Source of the DNA: a virus | Lineage: Duplodnaviria; Caudoviricetes | IMG/VR virus record: IMGVR_UViG_3300024518_002307 | Location: 1-50,438 of that record | DNA: 50,438 nucleotides | Direction: 5' to 3' (one strand) | Shown here: positions 44,571 to 50,438 of the stretch, one piece after another | How positions within the stretch are numbered: the first letter of the stretch is position 1 | Layout: every line of letters begins with the position of its first letter | Notes under the pieces: model-generated | The model's database searches: none | Seen by the model: only the letters and a program-made list of their open reading frames with translations | What the model was told of the DNA's origin: nothing | Position numbers and translations under genes: made by a program

Positions 44571-45779
44571 TTAGGGATTAGGGGTCTGTTGTCCCGAAGA
44601 TAAATTAAGAGCCGTTTGTGTTCTTAGTTGTTCAGCGCGTTCTTGTTCTTCCTCATATACAAGATACTGTTCGAGACTTAAAATGTTTTCGTTTGTAGTA
44701 CTTGCTAGCTGAAAGCCTACGTTAAGATTGTGCTTGTTGTCGAAGGCTATCTGCTCTTCTAATGTCGTAGGTATATACTTAATTGTATCAGGTTTAAAGG
44801 GATTTAAACTTCCTTGTCCAATGATTTCAAATCCTTCAACATGCACTTCTTTCCAATTGCGTTCGATTCTTTGTGCTGTTTTCTTATGATCTCTAAACGT
44901 ATCTGATTTAGGATCTTTAAGTAACGTTCTATAATTCAATTTCATACTATTATAACTATCCCAATCAATATCACTTGTATCAGGATCGAAGTTAGGGGAT
45001 TCTATTTTCCGTACTCCAGGAAAAATGTCTACAAGAGTAGTCTTCATTTCCTTTTCGTCGCCTTCGCGTTCTTCCAAAGCTACCCGTTGTCTGAATTTCA
45101 TCAGACCTTCTTCGGCTATCCCGTAAGCTAATTGATCTCTATTTGCTGCGGCCTTGTTCATATCAGAAACAAATTGAGTTTCTGTTCTTTGGTATTTAGG
45201 ATTTCCAGATACGCCCGCTGCTTTGGTTCTTGCTTTTGCAGCCTCCATCTGTAAGGCTTGTTGATGCTCACGCAGATCGCGTATTCGCTCCTGTTGTTCC
45301 CCTACAGTATTTAATACTTTGCTGCTGAGGGCCGCAATAGACTCCTTATTGTACTCCGGCCCTATCCCATTAGGTTTAAGCCAATCGCGTTCGAATTCCT
45401 TCGGCGTCAAGCCGGGAGCGAACTGCTGCTTAAGTGCGGCTAGCCTCTGGTCGTAGTCCTGCTGTCCTGCGGAATCGCGCAAGGCCATGAACACTCGTTC
45501 CTGTCGTTCCAGATTAGTCTTGATCTCAACATTTTCTAACGCGGCTTTGTCGAGCTTCTTTTGTACGCTGCGTTTCCTTAAAGTTTCGGGACGATCTTCC
45601 AGCAAGTGATCCAATAGTGTACGGGCACGTTCGTTCCCCAGAACTGCAGACTCCATCTGTAGATTAACTGCTTGCTGCCGCTGTACTTCTGCTGCTCGTG
45701 CCTGTCGCTGCTGTAACCCTTGGTAATAGTTACCAATGTTTACTTGCTTAGGATTTGCTATTTGATCTAGGATACCCAT
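44571..45779 (-). CDS. Internal virion (ejection) protein
   Basis: 402-aa Gln-rich helical protein between ejection genes. Confidence 0.65.
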   Translation of the reverse strand: MGILDQIANPKQVNIGNYYQGLQQRQARAAEVQRQQAVNLQMESAVLGNERARTLLDHLLEDRPETLRKRSVQKKLDKAALENVEIKTNLERQERVFMALRDSAGQQDYDQRLAALKQQFAPGLTPKEFERDWLKPNGIGPEYNKESIAALSSKVLNTVGEQQERIRDLREHQQALQMEAAKARTKAAGVSGNPKYQRTETQFVSDMNKAAANRDQLAYGIAEEGLMKFRQRVALEEREGDEKEMKTTLVDIFPGVRKIESPNFDPDTSDIDWDSYNSMKLNYRTLLKDPKSDTFRDHKKTAQRIERNWKEVHVEGFEIIGQGSLNPFKPDTIKYIPTTLEEQIAFDNKHNLNVGFQLASTTNENILSLEQYLVYEEEQERAEQLRTQTALNLSSGQQTPNP

Positions 45780-45785
45780 TATGAT

Positions 45786-46577
45786 TTACCCGTAAACACT
45801 TCCCATTCCGGGACCATACCCTGGACCTCCCCCGCCTGTCGGAAAATAAGGAGGCGTGCCTACTCCGCCGGGAGTTTGACTCCCGTCGAACCATCCCGCA
45901 TTCCCTGCAACATTCAAAGCACTGTTTATACCACCAGCCCAAGCATTGTTTTGTCCCATTATGCCTGCAGCACTATAGCCTGCCATGCTCTGGCCTACGT
46001 TAGCTGCTGTCACTGCTCCTTGGTTTGCGGAGGTTTGTCCCATCCCTGCTGCCGCTGCGTACCGATTAGCATTATCGGATTGGAATCCGTAGTTAGCCAT
46101 AGAGCTTTGCAGTTGCCGTTGGTACTCATTCTGGTATTCTTGTGAGGCGTAGTTCTGCCCGTACTGCATCATATCTACCGCCATGCCTCCGGATTGGCGC
46201 ATGCCCGAAGCACGCATACCTCTCATCATATTTTCGCTACCTTGCTCCAATCGGAACTGATAGCCGGGAGTATTCTCTACTTGACTCGGATCAAAGTCAA
46301 AAGAATAATCCTCCAATCCCCTGATAGCATTTCCGTAATTACCCAAGTTCCCTGCTGAGAACTCACGCCAAGGCGCGGTGTCTTCTCTTCCCTGCTGGTA
46401 CATCTTCCACTGCTGCTCATTTGCCGCCTCTGATGCGCGCCCAGAAGCGCGTCCTGCATCCATTCCGCCACCAAGAGACATTCCGATACCAGCTCCTACC
46501 GGCCCGCCAAGCATAAAGCCTCCGACTCCCCCGGCAATCGTACCTATGTTGTCTGTAACAAAATCAAACATTCCCAT
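45786..46577 (-). CDS. DNA transfer/pilot protein (P22 gp7-like)
   Basis: Gly-rich hydrophobic N-terminus, PGYQFRLEQG, YGQNYASQEY. Confidence 0.8.
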   Translation of the reverse strand: MGMFDFVTDNIGTIAGGVGGFMLGGPVGAGIGMSLGGGMDAGRASGRASEAANEQQWKMYQQGREDTAPWREFSAGNLGNYGNAIRGLEDYSFDFDPSQVENTPGYQFRLEQGSENMMRGMRASGMRQSGGMAVDMMQYGQNYASQEYQNEYQRQLQSSMANYGFQSDNANRYAAAAGMGQTSANQGAVTAANVGQSMAGYSAAGIMGQNNAWAGGINSALNVAGNAGWFDGSQTPGGVGTPPYFPTGGGGPGYGPGMGSVYG

Positions 46578-46595
46578 ATTATTTTTTCCTATCCA

Positions 46596-47387
46596 TTACC
46601 CACAATAACCTAAGTAAGTAAGAGTAGCCGTGACCGTTGCTGCAGCCGAAGTCCAAGTTACATCAAACTGCTGACTACTATTCAAAGGTACTATGATAAA
46701 ACCTATATGACTGGTGTCATCGGTTCCCGCATCAGCACTGGTTACAAACTCAATTTGGGAGGATTGTGCCTCGGACCACGAAGTTCCTGTTGGTCTGAAT
46801 GATACCTGATTAAGAAAGTTTCCCGCTTCGTTGGTATTTCCTATTTCAACATTGAGCATAACCGCAGTTGCGGTAGAACTAATACTGTCTAGCGCGGTCC
46901 ATATATTAGTTGCTCCACTTCCTGTTTTACCTACTGATTCAAAAGTACTCTCGGTAACGTCAGTAGCAATATCCAATTGCCCGACAGCAACAGGTGCCGT
47001 TGTACCTGCATATATATGGATACTGGGTGCCCAAGGATTAAGCAATCTAAAATTGGTACCATTGTAAAGAAATAAAGCCGTTTGTCCGTCTACTAACTCT
47101 CCCCCTACAAGCGCATCTCCCGCGACAGTCTGTACTGCTGTTGCAGCAAGCCCGTCGATGGCAAGAGTAACCGCACCTGTATTCGTACCTCCTATCTGAT
47201 ACTCGTATACGTGATTCGTTTCGTACGCTCCCTCTGTGGGATCATCCGACACTGTAACCGTATTGGTTCCACTTGTAGTGGCGGGTACGGATGCGAACTT
47301 GCCTATGTTGAGGTTATTGATATTGGCATCCATCTCCCCGTGAGTAAGGGCAGATCCTTTACCTGCTCGTGTTACAACTGTTACCAT
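46596..47387 (-). CDS. Tail fibre/appendage-like protein
   Basis: TRAGKGSALTHGEMDAN, NTGAVTLAIDG, YNGTNF. Confidence 0.65.
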   Translation of the reverse strand: MVTVVTRAGKGSALTHGEMDANINNLNIGKFASVPATTSGTNTVTVSDDPTEGAYETNHVYEYQIGGTNTGAVTLAIDGLAATAVQTVAGDALVGGELVDGQTALFLYNGTNFRLLNPWAPSIHIYAGTTAPVAVGQLDIATDVTESTFESVGKTGSGATNIWTALDSISSTATAVMLNVEIGNTNEAGNFLNQVSFRPTGTSWSEAQSSQIEFVTSADAGTDDTSHIGFIIVPLNSSQQFDVTWTSAAATVTATLTYLGYCG

Positions 47388-47400
47388 TCTCTGTTATCTC

Positions 47401-47799
47401 TTAATTTACTGATCTGCTTACTTCATACCAACTGGTGTTATCAAATACTAGTTGAAGTACTGTATCATCTGCTGATGTAAATGCAGCAGACAGATCAATT
47501 GTATTTGTCGTGTGTCCTGCTGTATCTGTAATTGTTACATTTCCATCTACGAATATGAGAGTAAGGAATTGTCCGTTATCCCCTTCGGTGATAGTAGCTA
47601 TGGTATTACCCCCACCATCTCCCGTTATTGTCATTAGATTAGAAGCGGCTTTAAAAGTTGTAGCGCTTGCTGCTAAGGTGTGTGCTGTATTTTCGTTTTG
47701 TGAATTTAGCCATTCACCTAAGTCGCCTAACCATCTACGCCAGCGCTCCGACCATGCCTCATCGTCGGAAGGTGCTCCACCTGGAAACTTAAGTGCCAT
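47401..47799 (-). CDS. Tail-associated protein
   Basis: WRRWL N-terminal motif and beta-rich C-terminus; follows the nozzle gene. Confidence 0.6.
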   Translation of the reverse strand: MALKFPGGAPSDDEAWSERWRRWLGDLGEWLNSQNENTAHTLAASATTFKAASNLMTITGDGGGNTIATITEGDNGQFLTLIFVDGNVTITDTAGHTTNTIDLSAAFTSADDTVLQLVFDNTSWYEVSRSVN

Positions 47800-47854
47800 T
47801 AAAAGAAGACCCCGTCTCTTTTAAAAATATGGGACGTAGTTTCCATATTAAAAG

Positions 47855-49426
47855 TTAACTTCTGCCTTCGCGTACAAACAGCTCCACAGCTTCTGGTCGG
47901 ATAATATCTGCATTGGAATACAGCAATTCCCAACTACGTCTGTTGAACGAACCGTTCATCTTGATACTAGCCTGTCTCCCAAGGTTGATGCTTCTTGAGT
48001 ACGTAGAGTACGTACTGTGATCTCCATCCGACCATCGTATGGTCGCGTTGTTGGAGTCTGTGTCCGTGAAGTCTCCAATAACCCTAAGCTCCGATACAAA
48101 CTTGCGATTGGATGTACCTCCGTCCTGATGCCCTGTTCTTATCTTGAACTCGATGTTGGTATCCGTACCTGCCGTATCCGAGAAGTAATCCGTAGCTATG
48201 TACGCATCACTGTCTATAAGATATGCCAACTCTCCGTAAGTATCCGTAGGGGTAAGATCATTACTGACAGTAAACAACGCCCCATTAGCCATAAGACCTT
48301 CACCAATTCTTGGTGCGGTTCCTGTGTACAGCGCCCAATCAACCATCGGAAACTCCCCGTTGGCATCTAGCACTGTCATGTTCTCCGTACCCCACGTCAT
48401 CCAGACATTACGGGTAACATCGTATACAAACGACTGTGTAGAATTTATGTCATCTGGAGTAGTGTGTATCGTGAGTATGTAGAACATACGACCATAGGCA
48501 CTAAAGCCACTACCTACCGCGCTATACAAAGTACTGTCTATAAGAACATCTGTAAGAAATGCATCCATGCCATACGGTGATACTTTAGACAGCTTAAAGT
48601 TCTCAAGCTTGTATACTGCCATACCCCCGGAACCATCGGTTCCGACGAACATAGTACGATCTCCACTAGTCCACACACTTTCACTGGACGCACACCCTAT
48701 GGTGTAATAGAGATCTGAGCGACGTTGCAGAGGAGATGCAGGAGAGGCAATAGCTGCGTCGTAGAAAAACTCAAGAGAGTAAGCGCCGAGAAAAGCAATG
48801 TGATCATGGTGCTTAAGTATGTGGGTACCACCATCTACATTCCGCTCTGCGGAAACAAACCCCGTAGATCTCCAGGCAGTAGCATCTCCATTGTCTGAGT
48901 TATAGATCCTACCGTTGGTTGTCCCTACAAACATATACCCGTTAAGAGTAACATTCCCACCACACAACGTTAAAGAAGCTGTAGCTTTCGGAGGAAAGTC
49001 TACATCTGTAATCTCGGTGGGTGTCCCTGTACCACTTATAGTCCACCCTTGATTATTCTCTGAATCCACAAGAGTAACATTTGTGTCCAGCTCTTGTAGA
49101 TGGACTTTCTTAGTACCTCCTCCTATCGTACCCAAGGAAGTATCATAACCAGGGCTATATACCTCGTTACTGTTTACAATGTAACGAGTGTTGCTCGATC
49201 CTTTGTAATACAGTCCACGCCCTTTGGTATTCCCTACAGAAGAATCTGCAGGGTCCATGAACTGATAAACGGAAGGACGTTGTGTTACAAACGTCTTCTT
49301 ATCCGGCTCGGCGTCGTCATCTGCTATGACTCCGTTGTGTACAAACGAAGAAAAGCGAGAGACAGAGCCACTGGCGTGCTCATCGATGTTCATCGCTACC
49401 GCAAGAGGTATGCGTGTCTTAGCCAT
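47855..49426 (-). CDS. Tail nozzle / packaged-DNA stabilisation protein (P22 gp10-like)
   Basis: 523-aa beta-propeller-like protein; LNGYMF, SLEFFYDA, IGCAS, FVYDV..W. Confidence 0.8.
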   Translation of the reverse strand: MAKTRIPLAVAMNIDEHASGSVSRFSSFVHNGVIADDDAEPDKKTFVTQRPSVYQFMDPADSSVGNTKGRGLYYKGSSNTRYIVNSNEVYSPGYDTSLGTIGGGTKKVHLQELDTNVTLVDSENNQGWTISGTGTPTEITDVDFPPKATASLTLCGGNVTLNGYMFVGTTNGRIYNSDNGDATAWRSTGFVSAERNVDGGTHILKHHDHIAFLGAYSLEFFYDAAIASPASPLQRRSDLYYTIGCASSESVWTSGDRTMFVGTDGSGGMAVYKLENFKLSKVSPYGMDAFLTDVLIDSTLYSAVGSGFSAYGRMFYILTIHTTPDDINSTQSFVYDVTRNVWMTWGTENMTVLDANGEFPMVDWALYTGTAPRIGEGLMANGALFTVSNDLTPTDTYGELAYLIDSDAYIATDYFSDTAGTDTNIEFKIRTGHQDGGTSNRKFVSELRVIGDFTDTDSNNATIRWSDGDHSTYSTYSRSINLGRQASIKMNGSFNRRSWELLYSNADIIRPEAVELFVREGRS

Positions 49427-49428
49427 AA

Positions 49429-49572
49429 TTACTTCTTAGTTATAAGTAAATCTAAAAGATTTTTTTGCTTTTTGGCTTCTGCTAATGCTTTCTTGATCCT
49501 TTTAGAATCTCTTTGTATTTCTGCAGCTCGCTGAAGCGTTCTAACATCCTCTTCTATTTCCCATTTATTCAT
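49429..49572 (-). CDS. Small basic protein (47 aa)
   Basis: My translation: MNKWEIEEDVRTLQRAAEIQRDSKRIKKA... Confidence 0.6.
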   Translation of the reverse strand: MNKWEIEEDVRTLQRAAEIQRDSKRIKKALAEAKKQKNLLDLLITKK

Positions 49573-49582
49573 ATTCGTACTA

Positions 49583-50438
49583 TTATCCACTTACATCTCG
49601 GTGATTAGGTTGAAAGTATATTGTCTCTCCCCTGTCAAAGCCTTCTGCTTCCTCCAAGGCATCCGTCGCCTGCATCGTGATCTCACGAGCAGTGGTATAC
49701 GGTACCCCGTACTTGGGTATAAGAGCCTTGGCTAGTCCAAGAGACAGTGCCCAATACCACTCTTGGGGATAGTCGGCATCATCCGTACCTGAGTCAAAAT
49801 CATCTACTTGATTTTGTACGTACAAGATATGTGCAGAATCTACTACGCTCTCCTGTGGCCACACATGCCAGACAGGAGCCGCCTGCTGCCTGTCAAACCA
49901 CCCCTGTAGGGCGATACCATCACTGGTCTTGTTAGGCAGGGAAACGTACTCGTAGGACTCCCAGACGTGCCCCGGAGTCTCCGTCCCTCCTGAGTTACGA
50001 TGCAGCATGTGGATTACCCTCATCGGCAACTCCGTAGTAGCCGTGTAGAAGTACACGACAGCGTTATCCAACGCTGCACTTGCCAATCCTGTGGTAAGGG
50101 TCACTGTCGTGCCCGTCGGAGAACCACTGATCACATCCCAATGCATCGTACCATCGGCGAGCTTGATGCCTATCTTGTCCGAAGCAACCATGCCCGTGAT
50201 GGAGTCTACCGTCATCGCGGTAGCGGAAGCTGCCTGTGCTCCGTTAAGGGCAGTAAATCCGTAGTTATATCCCCATCGGTCGCTGGACGATCCCCCTAGT
50301 ATGTAATCGTTCTTATCCTTAGATAAGAACAATGCTGACGCCTTCAAACGGAAGATATTAAGTCCCCTTCCCTGCCACGCCTTTACTAACATGTTCAATG
50401 TTCGTGTGCAAGAAGTAAGATCGTTAGCTGTGGGAGAT
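49583..50438 (-). CDS. Head-tail adaptor / tail tubular protein, 5'-partial
   Basis: Frame open to the window end (SPTANDLTSCTRTLNMLVKAW); DYPQEWYWAL..GLA motif. Confidence 0.8.
   Translation of the reverse strand, partial: SPTANDLTSCTRTLNMLVKAWQGRGLNIFRLKASALFLSKDKNDYILGGSSSDRWGYNYGFTALNGAQAASATAMTVDSITGMVASDKIGIKLADGTMHWDVISGSPTGTTVTLTTGLASAALDNAVVYFYTATTELPMRVIHMLHRNSGGTETPGHVWESYEYVSLPNKTSDGIALQGWFDRQQAAPVWHVWPQESVVDSAHILYVQNQVDDFDSGTDDADYPQEWYWALSLGLAKALIPKYGVPYTTAREITMQATDALEEAEGFDRGETIYFQPNHRDVSG

Overview
This window is a near-complete, circularly permuted genome of a dsDNA tailed phage, most likely a lytic podovirus of a Gram-negative host. It has two arms. The plus-strand arm (about 21.0-40.8 kb) carries small early genes, a short minus-strand early block at 22.9-25.3 kb, primase, helicase, family A DNA polymerase, SSB-like protein, HD nucleotidase, 5'-3' exonuclease, endonuclease I, a SLOG protein and class II RNR. 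The minus-strand arm starts at about 19.7 kb and runs TerS, a 6.7-kb accessory island, TerL, portal, GroES, scaffold, major capsid protein and accessory virion proteins. It then wraps through the window ends to the adaptor, nozzle and ejection proteins at 50.4-40.8 kb. I recognised no integrase, repressor, RNA polymerase or endolysin. The most unusual items are: (1) a full-length membrane-anchored GH9 glycoside hydrolase directly behind TerS; (2) a consensus CRP box with lac-like class I geometry on the promoter of that operon; (3) four non-canonical tRNA or tRNA-like RNAs, two of which lack a normal anticodon loop yet have their own sigma70-type promoters. All assignments come from reading motifs by eye; no database searches were run.
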